A stretch of DNA of 64,000 nt from Gammaproteobacteria bacterium (GTDB lineage: Bacteria > Pseudomonadota > Gammaproteobacteria > SZUA-140): positions 33,837 through 97,836 of the forward strand of contig JBHHVB010000002.1 of assembly GCA_046754065.1 (NCBI GenBank), written 5' to 3'. The translations under genes and the position numbers were made by a program. This document shows positions 54,049 to 63,921 of this stretch, piece by piece. Every line of letters starts with the position of its first letter. Position 1 is the first letter of the stretch. The notes under the pieces are model-generated. The model was not told where the DNA came from. It ran no database searches and saw only the letters and a list, made by a program, of their open reading frames with translations.

Positions 54049-54807
54049 ATGACCCGGTTAGATGATATGGTGAAATACTGTGATGAGTTGTTGCGGGTTG
54101 ACGAATTTCAGGATTACGCGCCAAACGGATTGCAAATCGAGGGGAAGCCGGATGTCTCACGAATTGTGAGTGGCGTTTCGGCAAATCTGGCATTGATTGA
54201 GTCTGCAATCCAGCATCGTGCAGATGCAGTGATAGTGCACCATGGCTATTTTTGGCGCGGCGAAGATCCTCGCATAATAGCAATGAAAAAACGAAGAATA
54301 GAATTGCTGATGGTACACGGTATCAGTCTGTTGGCTTACCATTTGCCACTGGACGCCCATCCCGAAATCGGAAATAACGCGAGTATTGCTGAAGTATTAG
54401 GCGTTTCAACTTCGGGCAATTTTGGCAGTGGCCTACAGTCAGGGCTAGCTATGTATGGGGAACTGGACGTCGCAACCAAACCCGAAAAATTGTCTGCGTT
54501 GTTGCAGGATAAACTGTCGCAAGCTCCGCTCCATCTTCCGGGGAGAGCGTCCGAGATCAAGAGTATAGGGTGGTGTACAGGCGCTGCGCAGGATTATCTG
54601 TTTGACGCGGCGCAATTAGGACTGGATGCATACATCTCGGGCGAGGTGTCTGAACAAACCACCCATATCGCACGAGAAATGGGGATACATTATTTTGCTG
54701 CAGGGCATCATGCTACCGAGCAATTTGGTGTCAGGAGGTTGGCGGACCGTCTATCGACACACTTTAAAATAGACCATATCCCAGTCAATATTCCTAATCC
54801 TGTGTAG
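54049..54807 (+). CDS. Nif3-family dinuclear metal centre protein (YbgI/YqfO-like)
   Basis: 252 aa. Shows Nif3/YbgI conservation, including HHGYFW and the C-terminal histidine cluster. Confidence 0.85.
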   Translation: MTRLDDMVKYCDELLRVDEFQDYAPNGLQIEGKPDVSRIVSGVSANLALIESAIQHRADAVIVHHGYFWRGEDPRIIAMKKRRIELLMVHGISLLAYHLPLDAHPEIGNNASIAEVLGVSTSGNFGSGLQSGLAMYGELDVATKPEKLSALLQDKLSQAPLHLPGRASEIKSIGWCTGAAQDYLFDAAQLGLDAYISGEVSEQTTHIAREMGIHYFAAGHHATEQFGVRRLADRLSTHFKIDHIPVNIPNPV

Positions 54808-54969
54808 ATTGATCAGGTTTTAAAACGGTTTTTTTAATCTGGATTACTCGTGCTTCCGGATAGTTGACTGACGGATAAACATTTTCCGATATTGCATCAA
54901 ATATTGAATATCTGATTCAGGTAAAATGTTGAAAGACATCTATCCACCACATTCCGGGGTCATTAATCA

Positions 54970-54998
54970 TTGACATGTTCGTGAAACTTTTCTAGCAT
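54970..54998 (+). promoter_or_regulatory. candidate sigma-70 promoter upstream of the ACIII operon
   Basis: TTGACA-N17-TAGCAT about 280 nt upstream of actA. The surrounding region is AT-rich and contains the small dyad tgaat-N5-attca. Confidence 0.25.
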
Positions 54999-55274
54999 TC
55001 AGAGTTCATCGGTAGAGAGAGAAAAATAGAATAATAATAGGCTTATAATGTTTAAGGGTTTGCATAATCAGGTTAGATCGCTCAGCCAAGTTCATCCATC
55101 TTTACGAATTATTGAATTTTAGACCTGCGCATTTTTATGGGGGATTAATGGCCGCTCGTTGCGTGGGCGAGGTTTTTGGGCATAACTTATTCGAGGGTTG
55201 ATATGTCAGTAACTCAGTTTTTTTTGTCAGGTTCGACTGTTTCCAATGATTCGGGAATTAGGCTAAGGAATAAA

Positions 55275-55856
55275 ATGCGTCGCAGAGATCTAGCGTTAGC
55301 TTGCCTGCTACTAATTACATTTTTAATATCACTTTCAGGTATTGTGTTTGCAGAAGGGGCAGTACCGAACGCAGTTCCCCCAAAAGGAACTCACAATGGT
55401 AAGGACGTAAAACAGCCTATCGAGTTTCCTCATAATATCCATGCCGATGTCAATAAAATAAATTGCATGTACTGTCATACCTACGCTCGCCGTAGCAAGG
55501 TAGCGGGTATCCCGCCAACCAGTAAATGCATGGGTTGTCATAGCATCATTGCAACGGATAAACCCCGTATTAAAAAGCTGACGGAGTATTGGGAGAACAA
55601 ACAACCGCCTGTCTGGAAAAAGGTCCATGATGTCCCGGATTTTGTTCATTTTACCCATGAAAAACACTTGAAACGATTCGTGTTTGATAACGAGGGCATG
55701 GCCGTTGAAAACGTATCGGAGGTTTGTGCTTTCTGTCATGGCGAGGTAAAGAAAATGACGGTTGCAAAGAAGGTAAAACCACTCAATATGGGTTTCTGTA
55801 AGAGATGCCACGAGGATAATGGTGGTCCCTTTGACTGTTGGAAATGCCATAAATAA
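55275..55856 (+). CDS. actA: Alternative Complex III pentahaem cytochrome c subunit ActA
   Basis: Five CxxCH motifs (CMYCH, CMGCH, CAFCH, CKRCH, CWKCH) and an N-terminal TM anchor. RBS aagga before ATG 55275; alternative starts at 55202 and 55176. Confidence 0.75.
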   Translation: MRRRDLALACLLLITFLISLSGIVFAEGAVPNAVPPKGTHNGKDVKQPIEFPHNIHADVNKINCMYCHTYARRSKVAGIPPTSKCMGCHSIIATDKPRIKKLTEYWENKQPPVWKKVHDVPDFVHFTHEKHLKRFVFDNEGMAVENVSEVCAFCHGEVKKMTVAKKVKPLNMGFCKRCHEDNGGPFDCWKCHK

Positions 55857-55925
55857 AGGTTGGTAAAGATCCAGATTTGTTGATCACACAGACACTATCA
55901 AGTGACCAAAACGGGGTAGTTCACT

Positions 55926-58127
55926 ATGAGTTTTAATAATATGAAGCGCAGGGAATTTTTAAAAGTTATGGGTTGGAGTGGTGTAGGCGCCACTGCACTG
56001 GCTGGTTGCGATGTGCCAACCACCGTTACCTTAAAAGAAGGCGACGAAGATGTTGTCTCTTATTTGATGCCAGAGGAATATGTTATTCCCGGTGTGGGTG
56101 TTACCTATGCCTCTACCTGCCAGCAATGTAGCGCTGGATGTGGTTTGCATGGTCGGGTACGTGAAGGCCGGGTACTGAAGCTTGAGGGGAATCCCGAGTC
56201 GTCAACTAACCTCGGTCGAATCTGTCAGATGGGCCAGGCAGGATTGCAGGCGCATTACAATCCCGATCGTATTAAAAAACCCCGTCTGCGTAAGGGTGAT
56301 TCACTTCAGGAAGTAAGCTGGGACGAAGCGCTAAGCGCACTTGAAGAAAAGACCGGCGTTAAGGCAGGCCGTGCTGCGTGGTTAACCGGATCAGTGAGCG
56401 GGCATCAGCGTACATTGATTGAAGCACATCTCGCGTCAATGAATTCAGATAGTCATTTTGTTCATGAAACTATCCACAACGCGGTTTGGAGAGCAGTGAG
56501 TAAAGATATGTTGGGCGATGCGAATCCACGCATAAGGATTGACAAGGCGAAGATGGTGCTCTCATTTGGTGCAGATTTCCTCGGTACCTGGGAGTCACCG
56601 GTGCACTTTGCTACTCAATATTCAACATTTCGTGATGCACCCCGAGGTGTACTGGTTCAAATTGAGCCAAAAATGACGTTAACCGGTGGTAATGCCGACC
56701 TGTGGGTTGCTAATCCTCCCGGCAGCGAAGGTGTACTGGCGTTAGGGGTTGCGAATGTGCTGGTTAATAAACTAGGGCATGATGTTTCAAATCTTCCATC
56801 TTCGATAAAAGATCTTATTTCAGGGTATTCGATAGATGCCGTCAAGGCAAAAACCGGTGTACCAGGTGAAACACTCATACGAATTGCTGAATTGTTGCAC
56901 GAAAGAGCACCCAGCCTTGTTTTGGCAGGTGCTTCTGCAGAGGGTCATGAGCATGGGTATGACTCTGTCGCTGCAATCATGTTGCTAAATATTATTTTAG
57001 GCAATGTTGGAAAAACCATCGAGTCCGCATCATTCCCTCATATGGATCTGGCTGCAAAATCAGGTAGCACAAAAGGTATCACTGATCTGGCGCAGGCAGC
57101 CGAAGCCCAGAAATTGGATGTATTGTTTATTGCCGGGTCCAACCCTGTTTATTCTGCACCGGGATTTGTTGGCATCAAGGAAAAACTCGCGGCTGTTCCT
57201 TTCAAGGTGGTTTTGACCCAGTTTGAAGATGAAACATCGCAAATTGCGGACCTCGTATTGCCGCTTGCGTCTGCGATCGAAGACTGGGGAACACATGTGC
57301 CGTCCGATCATGCAGGTAAGGCCGCACTGGTTAGCATCCAGCAGCCAATGATGGAACCCTTATACCCTGATACCAGGAGCTTGGGAGACATCTTGCTGTC
57401 TTTATTGAAGATGAGAGATGCCGATACCTATGGTGAGTTTGATGATTATTATGCATTCTTGCGTAAAGCTTTTTCTTCCTTGCCCGCATCAGTCAAAAAC
57501 GGGGCTGGTGATGATGAATTCTGGGCAAACGCGTTACAAAAAGGCGGGCTGACATTTGGATTACGCACTGGATCACTGACGTCGAATGCCGTTGAAGTGA
57601 ACCTGCCAGACAACACGGATGACCAGCAGTATCCGTATCATCTTGTGCCTTCAGCGCGACTGGGACTGTGGGATGGCCGCCATGCAAATATACCCTGGCT
57701 TCAGGAAGCGCCTGATCAGATTAGTAAGGTCTTCTGGGATTCATGGATTGAACTTCACCCTGAAACAGCTTCGAAATTGAAGGTTAAAGAAGGTGATGTG
57801 GTAAAAGTCAGTTCCGAACAGGGCTCAATACAGGCAATGGTCTATATCTATAAGGGGGTTCATCCCGATGCTATCGGCGTGCCGCTTGGACAGGGACATG
57901 AAGCATACGGACGTTATGCGAAGGGCCGTGGTATCAACCCGATGAAAATCCTCAATCCCGTTGCTGACAAAAGCACTGGCGAAGTCGCATTATTCGGTAC
58001 CCGTGTTCAAATAGCGAAAGCAGGTAAGCGCGGTACACTGTTGAGATTTGGTGGTAGCGAAGTGCAGGTTGGTCGTAAACTTGTTGCCACGATACCTGCA
58101 GAAAAGTTCAACCGTTTAGAAGGTTAA
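55926..58127 (+). CDS. actB1: ACIII subunit ActB, molybdopterin-oxidoreductase-like domain (B1), Tat-exported
   Basis: Tat signal RREFLKVMGWSGVGATALAGC. MopB-like fold without a full Mo-cofactor signature. 733 aa. Confidence 0.8.
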   Translation: MSFNNMKRREFLKVMGWSGVGATALAGCDVPTTVTLKEGDEDVVSYLMPEEYVIPGVGVTYASTCQQCSAGCGLHGRVREGRVLKLEGNPESSTNLGRICQMGQAGLQAHYNPDRIKKPRLRKGDSLQEVSWDEALSALEEKTGVKAGRAAWLTGSVSGHQRTLIEAHLASMNSDSHFVHETIHNAVWRAVSKDMLGDANPRIRIDKAKMVLSFGADFLGTWESPVHFATQYSTFRDAPRGVLVQIEPKMTLTGGNADLWVANPPGSEGVLALGVANVLVNKLGHDVSNLPSSIKDLISGYSIDAVKAKTGVPGETLIRIAELLHERAPSLVLAGASAEGHEHGYDSVAAIMLLNIILGNVGKTIESASFPHMDLAAKSGSTKGITDLAQAAEAQKLDVLFIAGSNPVYSAPGFVGIKEKLAAVPFKVVLTQFEDETSQIADLVLPLASAIEDWGTHVPSDHAGKAALVSIQQPMMEPLYPDTRSLGDILLSLLKMRDADTYGEFDDYYAFLRKAFSSLPASVKNGAGDDEFWANALQKGGLTFGLRTGSLTSNAVEVNLPDNTDDQQYPYHLVPSARLGLWDGRHANIPWLQEAPDQISKVFWDSWIELHPETASKLKVKEGDVVKVSSEQGSIQAMVYIYKGVHPDAIGVPLGQGHEAYGRYAKGRGINPMKILNPVADKSTGEVALFGTRVQIAKAGKRGTLLRFGGSEVQVGRKLVATIPAEKFNRLEG

Positions 58128-58138
58128 GGAGTCGGTAA

Positions 58139-59014
58139 ATGTCACTGAAAAATATCCTTGAAAACTGGTCCGGCTACCGTAAAGGTCGTGAACAAGGCGG
58201 TCATCACGAATACGAACATATGTGGGGGATGGTCGTAGATCTAAATAAATGTATCGGCTGTAATGCATGCGCCGTCGCCTGTTATGCAGAAAATAATCTT
58301 GCAGTGGTAGGTCCGGAAAAACTGGAAAAAGGTCAAGGGATGCACTGGTTGCGCCTGGAAAGATATTGGGATGAGCCAAACCTCGGAGAAGAGCGAGTAA
58401 GCACGACCCAGCAGCATGGCGCAAGCTTTATACCGATGATGTGCCAGCAATGTAACGCAGCGACATGCGAACCTGTCTGTCCGGTTGCCGCAACCTATCA
58501 TACGCCTGATGGATTGAACGCCCAGGTATATAATCGCTGTATTGGTTCCCGTTATTGTTCAAATAACTGTCCATACCGCCTGCGTTATTTTAACTTCTGG
58601 TCTTACTATGAAGGTGCAGAGAATGCATGGCCTTCTCCATTACATATGCAACTTAATCCCGATCTGTCGGTGCGTGATAAGGGTGTTATGGAAAAATGCA
58701 CTTTTTGTGTGCAAAGAATCAGGGCAGGCAAGGATAAGGCGAAAATGGAAAACAGGCCCGTCGCTGACGGTGATATCACACCAGCATGTGTCCAAACATG
58801 CCCAACCAGCGCTTTGGTTTTTGGTGATATTCTTAGCCTGCATAAAGCAGGTGCGCCAGAAAGCAAAGCAAGCAAGTTGTGGCGCAAACATCAAGTTGAG
58901 TTGGGTAGAACCGAACAGAAGAAACAGAATAAAGATCTTAGAGGTTATAGAGTGCTGGAATTTCTGAACACAGATCCTTGTGTGCTCTATCTGGAACGTG
59001 TACGTGAAGTTTAA
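58139..59014 (+). CDS. actB2: ACIII subunit ActB, 4Fe-4S ferredoxin domain (B2)
   Basis: Multiple Cys clusters (CIGCNACAVAC, CQQCNAATCEPVCP, CIGSRYCSNNCP, CTFCVQR) typical of PsrB/DmsB-like subunits. Confidence 0.8.
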   Translation: MSLKNILENWSGYRKGREQGGHHEYEHMWGMVVDLNKCIGCNACAVACYAENNLAVVGPEKLEKGQGMHWLRLERYWDEPNLGEERVSTTQQHGASFIPMMCQQCNAATCEPVCPVAATYHTPDGLNAQVYNRCIGSRYCSNNCPYRLRYFNFWSYYEGAENAWPSPLHMQLNPDLSVRDKGVMEKCTFCVQRIRAGKDKAKMENRPVADGDITPACVQTCPTSALVFGDILSLHKAGAPESKASKLWRKHQVELGRTEQKKQNKDLRGYRVLEFLNTDPCVLYLERVREV

Positions 59015-59054
59015 ACCATATAACTGCGTCAATAACGATAAATCGGTGTGAAGC

Positions 59055-60464
59055 ATGAAAGATATTAACGAAGATATAAAATGGGCAAAAATTAACGAAG
59101 ACGTTCTGCGATCCATGGAGAACCCGCGAAAGTGGTACTGGGTCTCGGTTGCCGGGTGTCTTGCACTACTATCATTAGCGGTTATTGGTGAGGTTTACCA
59201 ATATAACATAGGGATGGGGCCATCCAATCTAAACTGGCCACACATGTGGGACCTGTATATCGCGAGCTTCATTTTCTGGATTGGTATGAGCCATTCCGGA
59301 ACGCTGTTGTCGGCAATCTTGCATATCATTCAGTCAGACTGGCGTAAACCAATCTACCGATTTGCTGAGGCAATGACGACTTTCTCATTGTTAACAGCGG
59401 GTCTCTTCCCGGTTATCCATGCCGGTCGTTTGTGGAACATCTACTGGACATTGCCTTATTACACCGATCGAGGTATCTGGCCGAATTTTCGTTCCCCATT
59501 AATCTGGGATGCATTTGCGGTATTTACCTATCTGACATCATCTGCACTTTTCCTGTTCATTGGTATGATTCCAGATCTGGCAATCTGCCGTGACAATGCC
59601 AAGGGGTGGAGGAAGAAACTTTATACTGTGCTCTCATTAGGATGGCGCGGTGATGACAGGCAGTGGCGTCACTTCCGTAAAACCTATTTATTGATGGCAT
59701 GTTTTCTGATCCCTCTTGCGGTATCAGTACACTCAATCGTATCGTCTGACTTTGCGATGTCGATTATGCCTGGGTGGCATGTCACGTCATTCCCTCCTTA
59801 CTTTGTTGCAGGCGCCCTTTATTCAGGTTGTGCGGCGATTATCACGCTGTTTATCATGTTGCGTTACTTCTTCCGTTTTGAGGAATATATGACGCTCGCG
59901 ATTCTAGAGAAAACCTGTAAACTGACCTTTGCCATCGCGATGGTCTGGACTTATCTGAATCTGATTGAATTTGCTTCTGTCTGGTATGGTCATGACCTGG
60001 CTTCAAAAGAAGTGCTTATAGATAAAGCCACAGGGCCTTATTCCGGGATATTCTGGACGATGATATTCTGTGGGTCGGTTGTTCCATTTGCGTTGGCATT
60101 CACAAGCCTTAGGCGACATATTCCAACGATGTTGATTGTGTCCTTATTGTTAAACCTTGGGATGTTTTTCGAGCGCTGGATGATTGTTGCCCCGACACTT
60201 GCTGCATCCTATCACCCGTTTGCATTCGATACGATGTGGGGAAGCTGGGTTGAGTGGTTTATTGTTGCCGGTAGTTTTGGGTGGTTTGGCTTGTTATTCC
60301 TGGTATTTGTAAAAGTCTTTCCATCGGTATCGATGTATGAAGTTAAAGAAATGGTCTTCCATCGTAGGCATCTGGCGAATAAAGATATTTCGGCTGTGAT
60401 GCATAGAAGATCGACAGACCCGAAACCAGATGATGAGTCTGGGCTGGAAGGAGCAGGATCATGA
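59055..60464 (+). CDS. actC: ACIII membrane subunit ActC (NrfD/PsrC family)
   Basis: 469 aa polytopic NrfD-like protein. Confidence 0.8.
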   Translation: MKDINEDIKWAKINEDVLRSMENPRKWYWVSVAGCLALLSLAVIGEVYQYNIGMGPSNLNWPHMWDLYIASFIFWIGMSHSGTLLSAILHIIQSDWRKPIYRFAEAMTTFSLLTAGLFPVIHAGRLWNIYWTLPYYTDRGIWPNFRSPLIWDAFAVFTYLTSSALFLFIGMIPDLAICRDNAKGWRKKLYTVLSLGWRGDDRQWRHFRKTYLLMACFLIPLAVSVHSIVSSDFAMSIMPGWHVTSFPPYFVAGALYSGCAAIITLFIMLRYFFRFEEYMTLAILEKTCKLTFAIAMVWTYLNLIEFASVWYGHDLASKEVLIDKATGPYSGIFWTMIFCGSVVPFALAFTSLRRHIPTMLIVSLLLNLGMFFERWMIVAPTLAASYHPFAFDTMWGSWVEWFIVAGSFGWFGLLFLVFVKVFPSVSMYEVKEMVFHRRHLANKDISAVMHRRSTDPKPDDESGLEGAGS

Positions 60465-60985
60465 AAAAATGTCGAATCTTAGGTTTGTTTAGTAATTTTG
60501 ATGAAGCATTTGGTGCCATCTCTGATATCAGGCACTACAAAATCCAGGGCGTCTCAGTGGATGATGTCAATGTGATATCACCGATCGAGCACCCGGAAAT
60601 TGAGGAAGTTCTGGGAGATCGACCTGCTCATGTACCGAAATTCACAATCTGTGGGGCAATTTTCGGCATTTGTTTTGGCTTTCTTTTCCTGGCCTCTGCT
60701 CAGGCGAATTTTCTTGTCCAGCCGCAGGGTGGCAAGCCAGTGATTCCATTGCCATCTAATTTTGTACTGACCTATGAAATGTTGATCCTGTTCGGTGTGT
60801 TGATGACGCTGACCGGGTTTTTGATTGGGGCACGTCTGCTGAGAAAACGAAAAAGTTTGTATAGTGAAAAAGTGGGTGTCGATCAGGTAGGTATTGAACT
60901 AGAGGTAGAGGAGAAATACCTGGAACCTATTAAAGATTTATTTAAACAGCACGAGGTGCTGGAAGTACGAGACGAGGTATTATAA
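60461..60985 (+). CDS. actD: ACIII subunit ActD
   Basis: 174 aa with two TM segments. Conserved position and DUF3341-like sequence. Confidence 0.7.
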   Translation: MKKCRILGLFSNFDEAFGAISDIRHYKIQGVSVDDVNVISPIEHPEIEEVLGDRPAHVPKFTICGAIFGICFGFLFLASAQANFLVQPQGGKPVIPLPSNFVLTYEMLILFGVLMTLTGFLIGARLLRKRKSLYSEKVGVDQVGIELEVEEKYLEPIKDLFKQHEVLEVRDEVL

Positions 60986-61536
60986 TGAGAGCCAGACTGA
61001 TCGTAGCAGCATTATTGTTTCCTACCGTGGCCTTTGCATGGCCATGGTCTACAGATATGATGGATCAGCCTAATATTAAGCCGCAAGAAGGCGTGATGAA
61101 GGCTTTCCCAGCTCGCTCAATCCCCGTTTCAGGAATTCCGACGAAAGTTGCTAATCGTGACGAAGCGAAACCATTGAAGAGCCCCATTCCGGTGAGTGAA
61201 GCGTCCTTGAATAAAGGTAAAACCTTGTTCAGGATCTATTGTTCAGCATGCCATGGTTTAACCGGGGCTGCAGATTCACCTGTAACGAACAAGATTGGCG
61301 CAATTAGCCTGATTGATAGCTACGTACAGGAAACCCTCACAGAGGGATGGATTTATGGCACGATTACCTTCGGTAGCTATGTGATGCCCGCTTATGGATC
61401 TCCAGCATCGCGAGATGATAAGCGTGGATCGAATGATTTATCGATAGAGGAACGCTGGCATGTGGTTAATTATGTGAAACATGGTCTTGCAAAGGATGCC
61501 GAATCAAGTACCACCCGTACAGCGGCGAATAACTAG
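60985..61536 (+). CDS. actE: ACIII monohaem cytochrome c subunit ActE
   Basis: Signal peptide plus a single CSACHG haem motif. Confidence 0.72.
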   Translation: MRARLIVAALLFPTVAFAWPWSTDMMDQPNIKPQEGVMKAFPARSIPVSGIPTKVANRDEAKPLKSPIPVSEASLNKGKTLFRIYCSACHGLTGAADSPVTNKIGAISLIDSYVQETLTEGWIYGTITFGSYVMPAYGSPASRDDKRGSNDLSIEERWHVVNYVKHGLAKDAESSTTRTAANN

Positions 61537-61594
61537 AAAACAATGAAGAGAGTTTGGCCCTTAATGAGCCTATCAAACAGAAGCGAGGAATCCG

Positions 61595-62641
61595 ATGGAA
61601 GTTGAATTCGGCAGTTGGTCAGTTTTAACCACCAATTTCTTGGTGTTAATGTATATCGCTCTTGGGGGAGTTACGCTAGCATCTGTTCTACATCTTTGTA
61701 ACGGACAATGGCGCTTCCAGGTTCGGTATCTTTCCTGTTCTTTTTATGTGCTTTATCCGATTGCAGGAATCGTATTATTGATTTTGCTTGCCAATGGCGA
61801 TGCGACGTTTCAGTGGCTCGGGCATGGTCATGGGCACGATGAAGAGCATCATCTGAATGGATGGCATAATTATTCGTTTCTGGTGTTGCGACAAATCTTT
61901 GCTTACGTTGTGGTAGGCGTTTTGTTCTCAATGTTTATTAAATACCAGCATTTAACCGATATTGATAAGTCAGAAGCGGTCCGCTGGCGTTTCAGAAATA
62001 TTGCTTTGTTAGTCCCGTTTGCCTATTTCCTGTATGGGACATTATTGGCATGGGATTTCGAAATGACAATGGTGCCTGGCTGGCACAGTGCGAGCTACGG
62101 CGCGTATCAATTCCAGAGTGGATTCCATATGTTTCTCGCATTTTTCACGCTGTTTCTGTTTTTTACCAACCGTTCGGGCAAGTTAACAAAGCCATTTGAG
62201 AGTTATATCTTCAACTTTATGGCCCAGTTTATGCTGGCGATGACTATCTTGTGGACATACCTATATTTCACTCAATACCTGATTATGTGGTACGGCCGTC
62301 TGCCAACGGATATGGCTCGTTATGACAGTATGATGCTCGAAGGGTTTGGTTTGTTATGGTGGACCTTCCTGGCATTGAAATTCATCATTCCGTTTACAAC
62401 GCTTGCTATTACCCCAAATCGCCATAATCCGGTGATTATTACCATGGTAGCGGGAAGTATTTTACTCGGGTCATGGATTGAGCGTTATACATGGATCGCA
62501 GGCTCTGGAGACAGCGAACATTACATTATGCCGCTAAGTACCTTGTTCGGTATAACTGTCACGATTGTGTTAATAGCGGTGAGCTGGATTGCGGTGAAAA
62601 AGACGCTTATAAAATATGGTCTGCTTCAAACGGAATCCTAA
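61595..62641 (+). CDS. actF: ACIII membrane subunit ActF (NrfD-like, ActC paralog)
   Basis: 348 aa polytopic and similar to ActC. Confidence 0.72.
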   Translation: MEVEFGSWSVLTTNFLVLMYIALGGVTLASVLHLCNGQWRFQVRYLSCSFYVLYPIAGIVLLILLANGDATFQWLGHGHGHDEEHHLNGWHNYSFLVLRQIFAYVVVGVLFSMFIKYQHLTDIDKSEAVRWRFRNIALLVPFAYFLYGTLLAWDFEMTMVPGWHSASYGAYQFQSGFHMFLAFFTLFLFFTNRSGKLTKPFESYIFNFMAQFMLAMTILWTYLYFTQYLIMWYGRLPTDMARYDSMMLEGFGLLWWTFLALKFIIPFTTLAITPNRHNPVIITMVAGSILLGSWIERYTWIAGSGDSEHYIMPLSTLFGITVTIVLIAVSWIAVKKTLIKYGLLQTES

Positions 62642-62711
62642 TATGTTGATAGGGCATTAAATTTGCTCTAACTATAAAAAGAGGAGGGGAACTCCCGTTT
62701 ATATCAAATAG

Positions 62712-62737
62712 AGAGGCCGAAAGGCCTCTTTTTTTTG
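62712..62737. terminator. rho-independent terminator between convergent actF and the DUF3530-like gene
   Basis: agaggcc-gaaa-ggcctct hairpin followed by a T8 run. Confidence 0.7.
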
Positions 62738-62751
62738 CCTAGGCTCCCGGG

Positions 62752-63789
62752 TTATCTCGTAGTGTTGATCGCAATACCTCCGGCATGTTTTTTTAGCCAG
62801 CCAATGACTCGTTTACTGAGAATATTTTCAAACCCCTTGAAACTGTGATCTGCGCCGGTTATCTCAAATCTTCGGTATGCGATGTAGCCAGCTTTTTGTT
62901 CAACACCGGTTTTAGCGGTTGCTGACTGGCTGAAAGCCTCGATATTCTGGCTCTGGGTTGCAACCTGACCGGCTCTTTTTGCGCTAATTCCTCGATCATC
63001 CGCGTATTTTCTGACGTTGGATAAATCCCTGCTTCCAAAGGTGTCCAGGACGGGTAACGCAATTTGTTCGAGTGAGTGGATGGCATTAAACTGTTGGTCT
63101 TTATCCTTGTATGTGAGCATGCTAATTGCGACAAAGGATGTAATTCCACTATCGGGATTAGCTGCCAAAAATGAAGCCGCGACGGTTGCACCCAGCGCAT
63201 CACCAATTAACGTAATATTTGCTATTCCCTGATGCTGATAAAATTTAATGGCAGATTGAATGCGGGTCGAAAATTCTTTTAATAAGGGCAGGTATTCCTC
63301 AACACTGGCTGATTTAGCCAATGTTGGCAGCTGAATAGACAGGGTAGACCATCCATATTCAGGTAATTTTCTCCTTAATGGAGCGATGACATATGGCCAG
63401 TTCGGGTGGGTTCCCAGGGGATGTAGCAATATTGCGCCACCTTGCAGCTTGTCCTTGCGGTTTTGCAGATATAACGCAAAGGTTTTTATACCATCTTGTT
63501 CCAGCCATTCTACTTCGCCCGGGTCTACTGTCTTTAATATTTCTACCTGCCATTGAATTTCAAGCTCGGTATTGCGTGACGGGCCCAATGGTACATTGCC
63601 ATTTGGTGCAGACGAACCAGCTGGCTGAGTACTAGTAGTTTGTTCCTGATCTGGCTCTGTTTCATCCAGAGAATAAGCAACATCAGGCTTAAAAATTGCT
63701 GTTAAAGCGAAAATTAAGGCCAAAATTTGTAATTTTTTCAAATCAATTGTCGTCGCGCGATTTGCCTTGATGGTCTGGGTTCGGTCCAT
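62752..63789 (-). CDS. secreted alpha/beta-hydrolase-fold protein (DUF3530-like), function unknown
   Basis: Signal-like N-terminus and a low-complexity Gln/Thr/Ser linker. The core contains an elbow-like LIGDALGAT motif. 345 aa. Confidence 0.5.
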   Translation of the reverse strand: MDRTQTIKANRATTIDLKKLQILALIFALTAIFKPDVAYSLDETEPDQEQTTSTQPAGSSAPNGNVPLGPSRNTELEIQWQVEILKTVDPGEVEWLEQDGIKTFALYLQNRKDKLQGGAILLHPLGTHPNWPYVIAPLRRKLPEYGWSTLSIQLPTLAKSASVEEYLPLLKEFSTRIQSAIKFYQHQGIANITLIGDALGATVAASFLAANPDSGITSFVAISMLTYKDKDQQFNAIHSLEQIALPVLDTFGSRDLSNVRKYADDRGISAKRAGQVATQSQNIEAFSQSATAKTGVEQKAGYIAYRRFEITGADHSFKGFENILSKRVIGWLKKHAGGIAINTTR

Positions 63790-63921
63790 TTTTGTTCGTG
63801 GTAGTCTATTGCTTGGATTACTTTCACTAGTGCCTGATTTAATATAAAAAGTGAAAAAATCGCCGTAATCATGTAAAGTTATCGGTCTTTAGATAAACGA
63901 TAAATATGCAAGAGGCACGCC

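Noticed and set aside
58542-59116. 141-aa and 158-aa alternate-frame ORFs overlapping actB2
   Set aside because: These are frame shadows of the Cys-rich ferredoxin gene. actB2 has clear Fe-S motifs in its own frame.
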